Shown: in pieces, positions 10,807-21,641 of the stretch
Numbering within the stretch: the stretch's first letter is position 1
How the letters are laid out: every line of letters starts with the position of its first letter
Assembly: GCA_047285535.1 (NCBI GenBank)
Contig: JBJBDC010000001.1
Location: forward strand, 2,496,136 to 2,560,135
Source of the DNA: Synechococcus sp.
GTDB lineage: Bacteria > Cyanobacteriota > Cyanobacteriia > PCC-6307 > Cyanobiaceae
Direction of reading: 5' to 3'
Length of the DNA: 64,000 bases
Made by a program: the position numbers and the translations under genes
The notes under the pieces: generated by a model
What the model saw: only the letters and a program-made list of their open reading frames with translations
What the model was told of the DNA's origin: nothing
Database searches by the model: none

Positions 10807-11630
10807 AAATCTAATCCTTTTTCCTTTCTTGTATGCTCGATAATTTTTGTGATGGTAAATAATTCGTAACTACTAATTAGCAGACTGAACAATAGGCTTT
10901 GCCATCCTTCTATCCAGCCTCCATTGAATATATATAGACGGATAAATCTTGCCAGGGGTTTTAATGGCCAGGCTTTTGCACTAAGGATTCTCAAACGCAA
11001 TTTTCTTGTGGTACTGAATGTACTCTGATCTTGAGTTTTATTATATTGAATAATACTATTAGCATCCCAGGAGCTATATCTCATATGTCTTGAAATCCAA
11101 TCATCTGTACCTTTGCTAAAGGCGTAATGCTCATAAGGTTCTTGAATTTTCCCCACATTCTCTAAATGTGTAAAGCTCTCCCACACTCCACCGGAAAAAC
11201 TATTGGCACCTAATCTAACTATCCTTGGATGCCAGTTTGGATACCCTTGTGTTCTTTTAAGCCACCGACCAAGAAACCAAAATCTTGGTGCCATTTCAAA
11301 TCCTGAGTAATAACTATATTTGACAAGAGAATTCATAATTGATTCTTTACAAGGCGTTTTAATCTCTTCGTCTGCATCTAAGAATAATACCCATTTGCTG
11401 TTTATAGGCAGATGACTTAATGCCCAGTTTCGTTGTTCAGTGATTATAAATCTATCTCTCCTTGTTTTAACGAAGACTTTTGCCCCTAATCTTTCTGCTA
11501 GTTCCTTACTACCGTCGCTACTGCCGGAATCTACCAGATATATTTCATCGCACCACTTCAGGGATTTGATACAACGTGTGAGTTGTGAATACTCATTTAG
11601 GCAAAGTACTACCGCTGCAATTGAAGTCAT
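10803..11630 (-). CDS. Glycosyltransferase family 2
   Basis: NE, VDSGSSDGS, QRNWAL, FLDADE. Confidence 0.92.
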   Translation of the reverse strand: MTSIAAVVLCLNEYSQLTRCIKSLKWCDEIYLVDSGSSDGSKELAERLGAKVFVKTRRDRFIITEQRNWALSHLPINSKWVLFLDADEEIKTPCKESIMNSLVKYSYYSGFEMAPRFWFLGRWLKRTQGYPNWHPRIVRLGANSFSGGVWESFTHLENVGKIQEPYEHYAFSKGTDDWISRHMRYSSWDANSIIQYNKTQDQSTFSTTRKLRLRILSAKAWPLKPLARFIRLYIFNGGWIEGWQSLLFSLLISSYELFTITKIIEHTRKEKGLDL

Positions 11631-12811
11631 GATTGATTTCTTTTGTTTAGAACTTTTTCATACATTCTCTCCATTTTCTTTGCCACTGAGATTGGCGAGT
11701 AATTTGCTTGTACCCATTGAGCACTTTCTTCAGCCCGGATGCTTGGCCTTTCAAACCAACTTGTCATCCATTTCACCCACGCATTTAGTTCCCTTGGCAG
11801 GACGACACCATAATCAATCTTTCCGCTTTCGATTAGCTCCTCTGAAACTCCAGTTTGATCGCTGATTGCTATCTGACAACCATGGGCAAGTGCTTCAATA
11901 ACGACATTCCCAAAGTTTTCATGTCTACTTGGTAGCAATAGTAAATTCGACTCTGTATAGACATTGGAGAGCTCTATCGCTGGTAAATATGTGTGCCACT
12001 TAATTCTTTCATGAAGACCTAGTTTACCGAATGCCGTTTGCAGTTCGTCTAAGCTGTTATCATCGCTTTCACCAACGATATCTAATGTCCAGCTATAATG
12101 TTTCAATTCAGCCAAAAGTTGAGGGATCAAATCCAATCCCTTTTTTCGATTAATTCTTCCACAAATCAGTAGTTTTCTTGTATGCCCATGTGCATCACCT
12201 CCCTTCTTCTCGGGCGTGGGCTTTTTGACTCCCGAATGAAGGTTCCTTTCATCAAGAGGATTTCCCACTACGTGTATTTCAGGAGATAAGTTAAGCCTTG
12301 CTACTTCCTTACTTTCGTAACTACCGGTTACATGAATCATGGCACACTTGTTCAAATATCTTTTTTCCACGAATTCATAGTAAATACTTTTGATGAGTGT
12401 GTTCTTTGCAAATGAATATTCGCTTAGAGCCCCTCGAGTGCTTTGGATTAAAGGCTTATTGAGTCTATTGGCGATCCTTTGAATCTTAACTCCCCATGGC
12501 TGCCAAATTGTACTGAAATGTATGATATCTGCACCGTTTATCATTTTATTTACTCTTCTATCGTTTAGTCTGCTAAATACAATTGTCGCCCCTTTGTCAA
12601 AGGTTTCGTAATAGGATACATTGACTCCGTTTCTTTTGATAGGAATGCCTAGCTCTCCTTTCTTTAAGCTCTTGTTACCGGCGTTGGTTGTTATAACATC
12701 CACTTGATGCCCTAATGCCGTAAGCGATTCGCATGTCCTACTTATACTTTGAACTGGCCCTCCGAATTGCCATGCAGGAGCGTATACAGGCACTACATGA
12801 ATGATCTTCAT
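11627..12811 (-). CDS. Glycosyltransferase family 4
   Basis: PAWQFGGP, GRINRKKG, PSRHENFGNVVIEAL. Confidence 0.92.
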   Translation of the reverse strand: MKIIHVVPVYAPAWQFGGPVQSISRTCESLTALGHQVDVITTNAGNKSLKKGELGIPIKRNGVNVSYYETFDKGATIVFSRLNDRRVNKMINGADIIHFSTIWQPWGVKIQRIANRLNKPLIQSTRGALSEYSFAKNTLIKSIYYEFVEKRYLNKCAMIHVTGSYESKEVARLNLSPEIHVVGNPLDERNLHSGVKKPTPEKKGGDAHGHTRKLLICGRINRKKGLDLIPQLLAELKHYSWTLDIVGESDDNSLDELQTAFGKLGLHERIKWHTYLPAIELSNVYTESNLLLLPSRHENFGNVVIEALAHGCQIAISDQTGVSEELIESGKIDYGVVLPRELNAWVKWMTSWFERPSIRAEESAQWVQANYSPISVAKKMERMYEKVLNKRNQS

Positions 12812-12884
12812 CTATCCTACTGCTTCTGTTTCTTTTTACTTTAGCACTTCTCCTGGCCAATCAAAATCTATCCGTAATCATTAG

Positions 12885-13676
12885 ATGGATATCAATCGTC
12901 AATTACTTTATATTCTGGTGCATCGAAATGGGGATCATTGCAATCGACTCTTTCAATCACTGCACCATCATGCATTTTGTCTCCATAATGGTCATAAGTT
13001 TTTCAACCCTACGCTTGTGGGGTTGTTAAACAATAGGGGATTGTCTGTTGACCGAATTGGCGATATTATTAATAATATATTTAATCGTTTCATTCAGTTA
13101 CTGCCACCGGCATGCTCTTCTGTCATTTCCAAAATTATACTGCGAAGATGTCTTCGAGTTGAGTTGGTTGGTGGTTGGTCGTATCGCTGTTATGAACTTA
13201 CTTCCAAGTATCGTCATAGGCTTTCTTCTATTTATCGTTTTCACCATCCACTGACTCATCAGCAGAAATTCCTTTTAGCAAAGCTGGATGCTGTTCGACG
13301 TAATGGTTCGATTCTTTTAGGAGTTCATATCCGTCGTGGCGACTATTCTTCATGGCAAGGTGGAATCTACTATTATTGTGATGATACTTATCGTGAGATA
13401 ATATCATCTCTTAGACTTGTTTTTTCTTCTTTAGGCAAAGATATTTATATTATAGTGACAACTAATGAGATTACAATTCCACCTTGCGGACAAGATATGA
13501 CGTGTCAAGAGCTATGGTATGTTGATCAACTATGTTTACAGCATTGTGACTATTTAATTGGTCCTCCAAGTACCTTTACTATGTGGGCAAGTTATGTAGC
13601 CAGTATTCCCTATTATCATATTACTAATCCGGATGATCCAATTTCTCTAGATCAATTTTGTGTTTGCCCGGGTTAA
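12885..13676 (+). CDS. GT11-like (alpha-1,2-fucosyltransferase-like) glycosyltransferase
   Basis: GDHCNRLFQ, GVHIRRGDY, GPPSTFTMWA. Confidence 0.75.
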   Translation: MDINRQLLYILVHRNGDHCNRLFQSLHHHAFCLHNGHKFFNPTLVGLLNNRGLSVDRIGDIINNIFNRFIQLLPPACSSVISKIILRRCLRVELVGGWSYRCYELTSKYRHRLSSIYRFHHPLTHQQKFLLAKLDAVRRNGSILLGVHIRRGDYSSWQGGIYYYCDDTYREIISSLRLVFSSLGKDIYIIVTTNEITIPPCGQDMTCQELWYVDQLCLQHCDYLIGPPSTFTMWASYVASIPYYHITNPDDPISLDQFCVCPG

Positions 13677-14605
13677 ATTGAATGAGTATGATTCCTTCTC
13701 AAGTTTAGGTTGCTATTTCTCAAAATCTGCTTCGCTTTACGTATCAGGTGAATAATATTTGCACGTCTATCCCAGATAAATTCGTTTAAGGTTAACAGTA
13801 CTCCTTTCTTGTTAACTATTGGCTGACTATTGTATTTCATAAATGAATATGCAAACGATGGTTGCTGCAATTGAAACGGTGTTGCATAGCTCCATGCATA
13901 TGGTGAACTTGGATGTAAAAAGCGTGATTCTTCTGTCCAGTTCAGCCACTTTAAACTGTACCAGATCTCTATGTCTCTAATTTGTTTTGCATGCGCCCAT
14001 GTTTGAATTTTAGTTCGCATCGCTTCGTTATCCATCACGTATCCATAATGGTAGCAATCAGCATTGATAACTTTTCTTCTTATTGCATTACTTGTTCTTG
14101 AAAATGTAAATATAGATTTTGCTTTTTTAGCCCTAATTGCTGCACCTTCATTCAGACTCTTGATCCCCAATGCACTGTTCAAAAGTACAAATCGAGGGTT
14201 TTTCCAGAAATTGATCCATGGTGTAATTAATAGCTCGGTATCATCATTTCTATTCATTTCTTTCTTGAGTATCTTCCAACCATCTTCTGTATAGAATTCA
14301 TCAGCATCTTGAATGATCATCCAATCAAATTCTTCACTTCTCGCTCTCTCCAATAGGAAATTCCTTGTGTCTTCATCATATTCCCAATCTCCTTTTATGA
14401 TTTCAACTTCGCACTTTAAATGTTTTATCTTGATACTGCTCAGTTTGGTAGGATTTTTTAGTTTATCTCGAGCGGATTGTGAATATTTCCATGGCCTTGG
14501 AGGATAAGCAATAAATATTTTATCAACATGGGGGGCCGCATTCTCCAGCATCTGGTTGATCCATGTGTCCACATTAAATGCTATGACTTGAAGGCAAACT
14601 TTCAT
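13673..14605 (-). CDS. GT-A fold (GT2-like) glycosyltransferase
   Basis: RNFLL...DWMIIQDADEFY DxD motif, HYGYV. Confidence 0.7.
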   Translation of the reverse strand: MKVCLQVIAFNVDTWINQMLENAAPHVDKIFIAYPPRPWKYSQSARDKLKNPTKLSSIKIKHLKCEVEIIKGDWEYDEDTRNFLLERARSEEFDWMIIQDADEFYTEDGWKILKKEMNRNDDTELLITPWINFWKNPRFVLLNSALGIKSLNEGAAIRAKKAKSIFTFSRTSNAIRRKVINADCYHYGYVMDNEAMRTKIQTWAHAKQIRDIEIWYSLKWLNWTEESRFLHPSSPYAWSYATPFQLQQPSFAYSFMKYNSQPIVNKKGVLLTLNEFIWDRRANIIHLIRKAKQILRNSNLNLRRNHTHSI

Positions 14606-14640
14606 TTTTTTGAAATCATAACATGCATTTATTTTATGTG

Positions 14641-15612
14641 CTACTTCAATATTCGCATCAGCAATTGATATGGTTTAATTTGCAGGCTCGCGATATTTTC
14701 AACATTTCTTGAAGTGAAAATATTAAACACAAAATATTTGATTAACTGGATGGATATCTTTATGGACTTATTATTGCTTCGTGAGTATTCTTTACTGAAT
14801 AATATAGCTGCTGGTAAATAGTCCGGAGATCTAGGATCACAGCAGTTCATCCAGTACTTGATCTTTCCTTGTTTGCCACTTGAAGACCTTGTTTCTTCTG
14901 TTCTCCTAATAGCACAATAATTCTCCAGCGTTAGGAGCTTTATACCCTTTAGGTATAATGAATATGTCATCCAAAAATCTGAATAATAATGGGGCAAGCC
15001 AACTGGGACTTTTTCTGCAGCATTCAATGTTGATTTTTTAATTAATAATGATGCTGTTACCCCTAGGTTGACTAGACCTGCGCTTTGTCTATGCAACTGT
15101 CGATCAGAATATTTATTGTAGATATTTCCCCAATTAATATCTACGCTTCTGGCAAGTTTTCGTAGATCAATAGTATGTTCAAAAATTTCTTTAAAAGAAG
15201 TCTTACTTGCTTCGATCAATATCGGGATTAATGCTGTATTAGCATTCAAGTCTATATAGTTTATACCTGCCATGAGTGAACCAGGACTTAGTAGTACATC
15301 ATCATTTGCTATTAAAATGTTGTCATTGTCCCCAATCTTTTTATCGCTTCTTACAAGCTCTAATATATAATTCAAGCACCCACCCCAGTATTGTTTTCCA
15401 TCTAATCTGTGTATCGTGATATCTGGATACTTTTCATAGACTTTTTCTTCTGTGCCATCCGTGCACCCATCCGCAATGACATGTATCGTCAATGATATGT
15501 TTCTGTCTATGCTTTTATGCAGGTAATCAATGCTCTTTAATGTTATTTTGTGTCTGTTATGACATGGTATTAGGGCTATTAAATTTTGGTTCTTATTATT
15601 CACCAGTAGCAC
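14641..15612 (-). CDS. Glycosyltransferase family 2 (rhamnosyltransferase-like)
   Basis: IPCHNR, DGCTDGT, ANDD, HYYSDF. Confidence 0.85.
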   Translation of the reverse strand: MLLVNNKNQNLIALIPCHNRHKITLKSIDYLHKSIDRNISLTIHVIADGCTDGTEEKVYEKYPDITIHRLDGKQYWGGCLNYILELVRSDKKIGDNDNILIANDDVLLSPGSLMAGINYIDLNANTALIPILIEASKTSFKEIFEHTIDLRKLARSVDINWGNIYNKYSDRQLHRQSAGLVNLGVTASLLIKKSTLNAAEKVPVGLPHYYSDFWMTYSLYLKGIKLLTLENYCAIRRTEETRSSSGKQGKIKYWMNCCDPRSPDYLPAAILFSKEYSRSNNKSIKISIQLIKYFVFNIFTSRNVENIASLQIKPYQLLMRILK

Positions 15613-16556
15613 CCTCCTTCAATATCTTTGTATCCTTTGGGCTTTTCACTTTCCAGTGGTTTTACCCAATGTTTATTAAAAAGGGCTTCAAATTCTGCTT
15701 TATTCTCCCATCGTGCCCCTTTAATTCCGAAGAGTATTTGCGTTGCTCCACCCAAATGAACGGCTTTTTTACCAATTCTCTTTATATGTGCAGCTAATGG
15801 CAAACCGTAAGCACCAGCTCCAATAATTGCAACGTCGAAATTAATATTGTCAATTTGATCTTCCATCCATTTTAATCCATCAAACCAGCTCTCAAATCTA
15901 GGATCTTTATTGCCTGCGATTGTCTGTAATGGTTTAAATGTTTTGAGATTAAAGTCGGGAAGTATTCGTTTGTCATTAAATAATAATGAGCGTTTTGCAT
16001 ACTGATTCTTTATTGATTCTATATAAGGATGTACTATGAGTACATTCTTATGCATTAATACTTCAGACCAAGGCTCATCCGAAAAATATGGTTCAAGAGC
16101 TTCCAGGCATATTTTATGGCATGATTTCATGTGCGCTTTTAATAAATGTTCTTCCACCCTCCATGACCCTAAAATATCGATATAACTTGCATCTCTGATC
16201 ATCCGAATTGCAAACTTGTTTAAATTAGAATCGCTTACTGAAAACATTCCTGCGCCATTCCTTAGACTTTCACGTATTCCGTCATGCCACCAAAATGTGT
16301 CTAGTTCACCCTTTATAAAATTAATTGATTTTTCACCAGGCCATTTACTTGATTTACTTTTTCTAATATATGTAGCTACTGCATTAAGTTCTCCGCTTCC
16401 AAATCTTCCAATCAAACATGGTTTCTTTTCCGTAAGAAGCTCTTTGATCAGTTCATCATCTTCATTTTGTTTCTTCAGATGCTTGATACCATGTTCATTT
16501 TCAATTGTTGTTGAGCTTCTTAGTTTTCGTAGTATATATGCAGTATAGCGATTCAT
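15600..16556 (-). CDS. Conserved glycan-locus protein, possible GT-D-fold glycosyltransferase
   Basis: RFGSGE N-terminal motif and FDVAIIGAGAYGLPLAAHIK...AVHLGG C-terminal motif resemble DUF1792/GT-D-like proteins; ORF is coupled to both neighbours. Confidence 0.55.
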   Translation of the reverse strand: MNRYTAYILRKLRSSTTIENEHGIKHLKKQNEDDELIKELLTEKKPCLIGRFGSGELNAVATYIRKSKSSKWPGEKSINFIKGELDTFWWHDGIRESLRNGAGMFSVSDSNLNKFAIRMIRDASYIDILGSWRVEEHLLKAHMKSCHKICLEALEPYFSDEPWSEVLMHKNVLIVHPYIESIKNQYAKRSLLFNDKRILPDFNLKTFKPLQTIAGNKDPRFESWFDGLKWMEDQIDNINFDVAIIGAGAYGLPLAAHIKRIGKKAVHLGGATQILFGIKGARWENKAEFEALFNKHWVKPLESEKPKGYKDIEGGCYW

Positions 16557-18334
16557 GGCTTGGTGTTGAGTAGTTTTTTGAAGTAATTATCTTCTATCGA
16601 CAATTTCACATAACTCCCTTGTGCTTTGATTTTTCCTTTCCTTATTATGTATATTTTATCACAATGTTTTAAGGTCTCGATCCTGTGAGCAACAATGATG
16701 ATCGTCGGCTTGTGTTTCAATGAATTGATTGATTTTATTATATTTGCTTCTGTAATGTAATCAAGCGCACTCGTGGCTTCATCCAATATTAGCAAGCTTT
16801 TTTCTTTGTATAAAGCACGTGCAATACCGATTCTTTGTTTTTGACCCCCTGAAAGTTTACAACCTCGTTCTCCTACGGAAGTTCGAATACCGTCCTCTAA
16901 ATTTTCTATCATCATCTCCAAATCTGCCATCTCTATACATTTTTTCATTTGATGCCAATCGATCTCCTCAGCTGTTTTAGCCATTGCAATATTATCTGCT
17001 ACTGTTCCATCCACTAAAAAAATATTTTGAGGTACGTGTGAAACTTGGTTTCTCCATTTTTCCAACAACAAAGTATTTTTATTGATATTTTCTCCATCAA
17101 CCAGAACTTCACCAGCTTCAGGTTCTAGTAATCCCATCAATATATCAACAGCCGTGGATTTTCCGCCTCCAGTTTCGCCAACTATCCCAATTTTTTCACC
17201 ACGCTTCATTCCTATAGAAAATGAATCTAGGGTCTTGCTCAGGCTTGTTTGTTTATATCTAAATTCTACATCTTTTGTTTCTAGGGTCTTCCAGTTATCA
17301 TATGTATAGACGTCTTTGTCATTTGCTGATCTCTTGTGGTCAGGTTTTTCTCTTTTATCGCCTTCATTAGTTAATGAGAAAACAACATCAATGGATATCT
17401 TGCTTGACCTAAACGATGACCAGCAACTAAAGATTTGTTGAATATTTGGCAAAGCGATTTGATATGCAATAGCTAAAGCACCAATGGTTGGTACTCCTTC
17501 ACCTCCTTGAGGGTTGCCAGTATTTACTGATAGATAACCAATTGTTGCGAATGCAATGAACCCTAGCATTTCAATCAAATATCTTGGAGCTGTTTGTAAA
17601 AAACCTACCTTTATTCCTGCCATACGCATTTTATTCGCATTTTTCAAAAAGCTGTCAGTGTGCAATTCTTGCGAACCTTCTAAAATAATATCTCTAATTC
17701 CACCTAGGCTTTCTTGCTGTAACTTTATTTCTTTCCTTGCTGCCTCTACTACTCTACCTCCATATATTTTAAGCCTCTTCCTTATTAATAGTGTGAACGC
17801 TAGGTATGAAACTCCCACGATTGATAGTGCCATACCTGTTGCGTAAGTATTGACTATGAGTGCGGCATAAGTAGCGCCTACTATTGTTGTCGCCGAACTC
17901 ACTATTTGTATCATTGGAGCCATTACTCCTGACGTAAAGTTGTCAATCTGTCTTAGGTCTCCTATTTGATCTGCTGTATTTTTGTTTTTATGATTTATGT
18001 AGCTATCGTTTAGCATTATATTATATGCTTTTTTAAAAAGGTCTAGTGATATATTTGCGTTCACTTCTCCAGATTTCCAGCTCGACAGTAGTCTTAATGT
18101 TCCACTAAGTATGGCCAGGCCCCCTAATGTCAAGCATGCCATTAAAGCGGCGTTTCCTTGCTCTCCGGCTTGGGATAAATTCACTGTATGAATGACATTC
18201 TCGAGGAAAGGTTTTGTATTTGTTACCAATGCTGATTGTGCTATGGCTCCTCCGAGCATCAGCATTAGGACGACTAGCAATTCCGCATGACGTTTTCTCG
18301 GAAGTGAACCTATTATATTGCTAATTTTATTCAT
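16553..18334 (-). CDS. ABC transporter, fused permease/ATPase (PglK/Wzk/MsbA-like lipid-linked glycan flippase)
   Basis: TM domain plus Walker A GETGGGKST, LSGGQKQR, ILDEATSALD, AHR. Confidence 0.9.
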   Translation of the reverse strand: MNKISNIIGSLPRKRHAELLVVLMLMLGGAIAQSALVTNTKPFLENVIHTVNLSQAGEQGNAALMACLTLGGLAILSGTLRLLSSWKSGEVNANISLDLFKKAYNIMLNDSYINHKNKNTADQIGDLRQIDNFTSGVMAPMIQIVSSATTIVGATYAALIVNTYATGMALSIVGVSYLAFTLLIRKRLKIYGGRVVEAARKEIKLQQESLGGIRDIILEGSQELHTDSFLKNANKMRMAGIKVGFLQTAPRYLIEMLGFIAFATIGYLSVNTGNPQGGEGVPTIGALAIAYQIALPNIQQIFSCWSSFRSSKISIDVVFSLTNEGDKREKPDHKRSANDKDVYTYDNWKTLETKDVEFRYKQTSLSKTLDSFSIGMKRGEKIGIVGETGGGKSTAVDILMGLLEPEAGEVLVDGENINKNTLLLEKWRNQVSHVPQNIFLVDGTVADNIAMAKTAEEIDWHQMKKCIEMADLEMMIENLEDGIRTSVGERGCKLSGGQKQRIGIARALYKEKSLLILDEATSALDYITEANIIKSINSLKHKPTIIIVAHRIETLKHCDKIYIIRKGKIKAQGSYVKLSIEDNYFKKLLNTKP

Positions 18335-19301
18335 CTCTGATCCCCCTTCTTACTAATTGCATCTCAACTGCATTCTTTTCCGCCAATACTTGATCGTAAA
18401 TAATTTTCATTTCAGCGATTACGTTTGTTTTAAATATCTTGCCTGTAGCTTCACTGAATTTCTTTGTATTGATGCGCATATATCGTTCATCATTTCTTTC
18501 TTGTCGTATTTGAAGACTTTCTTCGCCATTGGCTATTTTCTTTATTTCTCTCACTAATGTGCTCATTTTCGTGCTTTGCTCTGATCCAATATTGTATGTT
18601 CCATCGAGTTGATTGCGTATAGACAACGTTATAGCCTCTGCAACTTGTTCAAAACTTATGAAGTTAATCAATGAATTTGCGGTATTAAAGATTTTAACTT
18701 GCGATGAAGTTGTCGCTTCGTGACACCATTGATTAATCACCCCTTGCCCTGTGATATTTTTCACATAACCATATGCGGTTGTTACTCTCAGTATGCATAA
18801 TTTGATCTCGTGATTTCTCTTCATCTGTTTTAGCTCTATTTCAAATTTTGCCTTCTGTTTTCCGTATTCGCTTTTTGGTTCTATAGCATCATTCTCTCCC
18901 CACTCTTTCTCTGCATTACTGGCATATAATCCTCCTGAACTTGATATCATTACTACACCTTTTGGACTCAATTTCTCTATGATAGAGATTGAATTGTTTA
19001 TTATGTTGATATTTTGATTGTAGGTGTGTGCATTGTCTTTGGAGGTTCGTGGAGTCCCGGACCATGTGAAGATTATTACATAATAGTCTTCTTGATTCAT
19101 ATATGCTCTCACTTGTTGACATAGTCTTTGAATGTTTGTTTCGCTTTGCGCTTTCCCCAGTTCGAAGTATATCTCTTTATTATTGTCGCTCCTACCGTTA
19201 GGTTGTCTTTGGCGGCTGATCCCCAGATAGTCCGGCCTTTCTAATTTCTTGATATACTCCTTCGCTAGATTTGAGTTTGAGCCAATGATCAAATTTTTCA
19301 T
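18327..19301 (-). CDS. NAD-dependent epimerase/dehydratase (extended SDR), divergent
   Basis: SSSGGLY, YGKQK (YxxxK), LRVTTAYG, YNIGS; Rossmann motif degenerate (GSNSNLA). Confidence 0.75.
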   Translation of the reverse strand: MKNLIIGSNSNLAKEYIKKLERPDYLGISRQRQPNGRSDNNKEIYFELGKAQSETNIQRLCQQVRAYMNQEDYYVIIFTWSGTPRTSKDNAHTYNQNINIINNSISIIEKLSPKGVVMISSSGGLYASNAEKEWGENDAIEPKSEYGKQKAKFEIELKQMKRNHEIKLCILRVTTAYGYVKNITGQGVINQWCHEATTSSQVKIFNTANSLINFISFEQVAEAITLSIRNQLDGTYNIGSEQSTKMSTLVREIKKIANGEESLQIRQERNDERYMRINTKKFSEATGKIFKTNVIAEMKIIYDQVLAEKNAVEMQLVRRGIRDE

Positions 19302-20560
19302 TTGAACATTCCTTTGTAGATTTTGATATATTTATTGCAGGTGTTTTCTTTCCCATATTTTTCTCTTGCAATCCTCGATATATCATGGCTTTTTTCTTCA
19401 AACTTGCCCTCAAGAATCAACTCCATACAATCTTCTAATCCTATGAGACCTTGTCTAAATAGGAGTCCATTACTTACTATGTCAATCATTTCTGCTGCAC
19501 CTGTTCCCATTCTGGCTATCGCGGGTATGCCGCAGCAGTGAGCTTCAGCGATTACATTTGGACTATTGTCATATTCTGATGGGCATAAAACACAGTCGGA
19601 AGCATTGTAGGCAATGACTTGTGATAATTCATCATTATAGTATCCTAATTCTTTGAACCTTACATTCATTGTTTTTAATGTTCTCCGGTCTTCATCGTTC
19701 ATGCTCCCTAGAATTTGCAAGCATATTTGTTTTCGTGTTGATGTGCTCTTTTGTCTGATTGCATCCAGGATTAGATGGAATCCTTTTCGTGTATCTGCTG
19801 TATTTCCAATGAAGTAAAAGACCTTTTCTTTTTTGCTTAGATGGTCCCATCCTATGGCTGTTCTGCATTGGCCTTTACTTTCAATAAACTTATAGTGCTG
19901 TGGTATATAGTTGCTGATTTTATGTATTTTCTCTTGCTCTATTCCCCGTTCTATTGCCCGTCTCATCATCCATGATGATGTTACGACTACCAGGGTCTTT
20001 GAGTTGTTAATTAGTTTTGTTTTTTCTTTGTATTGCTTTTCAATTAATTTGTGCGCCCGACTGGCAACATGTGAGCAGCGTATGCACCCAGTTTTGTACT
20101 TGTCGCAATCATTGCTATAAACGCATCCACCTGTTAGGAACCACATGTCGTGAAGGGTGATTACAGTCGGCTTTTTCAACCTTGAAATTCCCTTTATTCG
20201 TCCAAGTGTTTGATACCAGAATAAATTAATGAGATCGAATTTTTCCAGAGTCTTCTTGGTGTTTACAGAGTGTCCCTCATTACAGAATTCGTAGTTATGG
20301 TCTGGTTTCACGTATCTTTCCCACCATCCTTTTGCTTTTATATCGAACGTTTCATACAATAATTTATCTGGACTTTTCTTTTTGTTTTGAAACCAGTAAC
20401 TAGGCTCGGCTAATTGATACCCCTCTTCGCATCTACCCCTGCAGACAAGATCTATATTCCATTTGTCATCTTTGGCCTCTGTTAAGCCCTTGGCAAGTCT
20501 TCTAACGGCGCGCGCCGCTCCGCCCCGCCCATTGTCTGCTGTTATGAGTCCTACGTTCAT
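19298..20560 (-). CDS. Glycosyltransferase family 4 (WcaC-like)
   Basis: GGAARA, TLHDMWFLTGGC...C..C..C, RKGF, DNSPNVIAEA. Confidence 0.88.
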   Translation of the reverse strand: MNVGLITADNGRGGAARAVRRLAKGLTEAKDDKWNIDLVCRGRCEEGYQLAEPSYWFQNKKKSPDKLLYETFDIKAKGWWERYVKPDHNYEFCNEGHSVNTKKTLEKFDLINLFWYQTLGRIKGISRLKKPTVITLHDMWFLTGGCVYSNDCDKYKTGCIRCSHVASRAHKLIEKQYKEKTKLINNSKTLVVVTSSWMMRRAIERGIEQEKIHKISNYIPQHYKFIESKGQCRTAIGWDHLSKKEKVFYFIGNTADTRKGFHLILDAIRQKSTSTRKQICLQILGSMNDEDRRTLKTMNVRFKELGYYNDELSQVIAYNASDCVLCPSEYDNSPNVIAEAHCCGIPAIARMGTGAAEMIDIVSNGLLFRQGLIGLEDCMELILEGKFEEKSHDISRIAREKYGKENTCNKYIKIYKGMFK

Positions 20561-20663
20561 ATCAAAACTTTGCCTTTGTCCATCTTAGGAGACTGACAAT
20601 ATAGGTTTTTACCAGTCCTCAATAGATTTTTGTGATTTTGCATTGCTATCTCCTTGTTTGGCG

Positions 20664-21641
20664 CTATTTCATTTGATCCTTATTGAATCTTTGCTTGAAG
20701 CGTGACGGTAAAAACTTCAGCATGCTGATGCTTGTTTCAATTAATCCCGCACTTCTTTGAATGGCTCTCATTCGCGTGATCATATCTTGGGATTGTCCAT
20801 TGAGGCTTGCTTTTATTGTATTCCAGAGTTGGAATTGCATGATATGAGCAGCCCACTGCTGTCTTCTTGGTTCTTGGGAGAGCATTGGATGATTTTTCAA
20901 TAGGCCAACTACTTCAGCTACTTCAAGGATTTCGTGGCCGGACTTTCGATTTTTGTTTGACAGCTGTTCATCGTGGGTACGAATCTCAGCGATTGACTCC
21001 CTGTTCAACACTACAGGCCCCTCTTCGGCAGCCCGTAGTAGCCATTCCCAGTCAGCTGCATGGCGCCATTCCTCTCGGAACGGACCGGCCGCCTGCCATA
21101 GGGTGCGTGAGAAGGCCATTCCGGTGAGATTACCGTTGAGGCTGCCTAATTGCAGTAATGCTTGGATTAATCGACTTGGTTGAATCAATGTCGTGGAGTG
21201 GCTTACTTGGTTGTGGTGCCAGTCGCTGTCCTTTGGCCTTGGGGATCCATCTGCATTAAAGGAATCGAACGTAGAGAGGATTAACGCAGCTTCCGGCCAG
21301 CGTCTTCGACGGTCCAGCACTGTTGAGATGGCCTGAGCGTGAAGACGATCGTCACTGCAAAGTAACAGTGCCCACTCGGTTTCTATTTCGAGTAGTGCTT
21401 GATTGAGGTTGGCGAATAGGCCCATATTGTTTGGCCTTCGTACCCATTTCATGCGTCCTTTGTCGTTGGTCTCCATCCATTGTTGAAGTATGGATTGTGT
21501 GTCTTGATCTGAGCCGTCATCAGCAATCAGCAGGTTCCACCTCTCATTGTCCTGTCTCACCACGCTGTTTAAGGCCTCGGTGAGTAGGTCTGGGCGTCCA
21601 TACACTGGCAACACGATAGTGATTGCTTCTTGTTCGGTCAT
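20664..21641 (-). CDS. Glycosyltransferase family 2
   Basis: VLPVY, ADDGS, GLFANLN, CSDD, DWEW. Confidence 0.9.
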   Translation of the reverse strand: MTEQEAITIVLPVYGRPDLLTEALNSVVRQDNERWNLLIADDGSDQDTQSILQQWMETNDKGRMKWVRRPNNMGLFANLNQALLEIETEWALLLCSDDRLHAQAISTVLDRRRRWPEAALILSTFDSFNADGSPRPKDSDWHHNQVSHSTTLIQPSRLIQALLQLGSLNGNLTGMAFSRTLWQAAGPFREEWRHAADWEWLLRAAEEGPVVLNRESIAEIRTHDEQLSNKNRKSGHEILEVAEVVGLLKNHPMLSQEPRRQQWAAHIMQFQLWNTIKASLNGQSQDMITRMRAIQRSAGLIETSISMLKFLPSRFKQRFNKDQMK

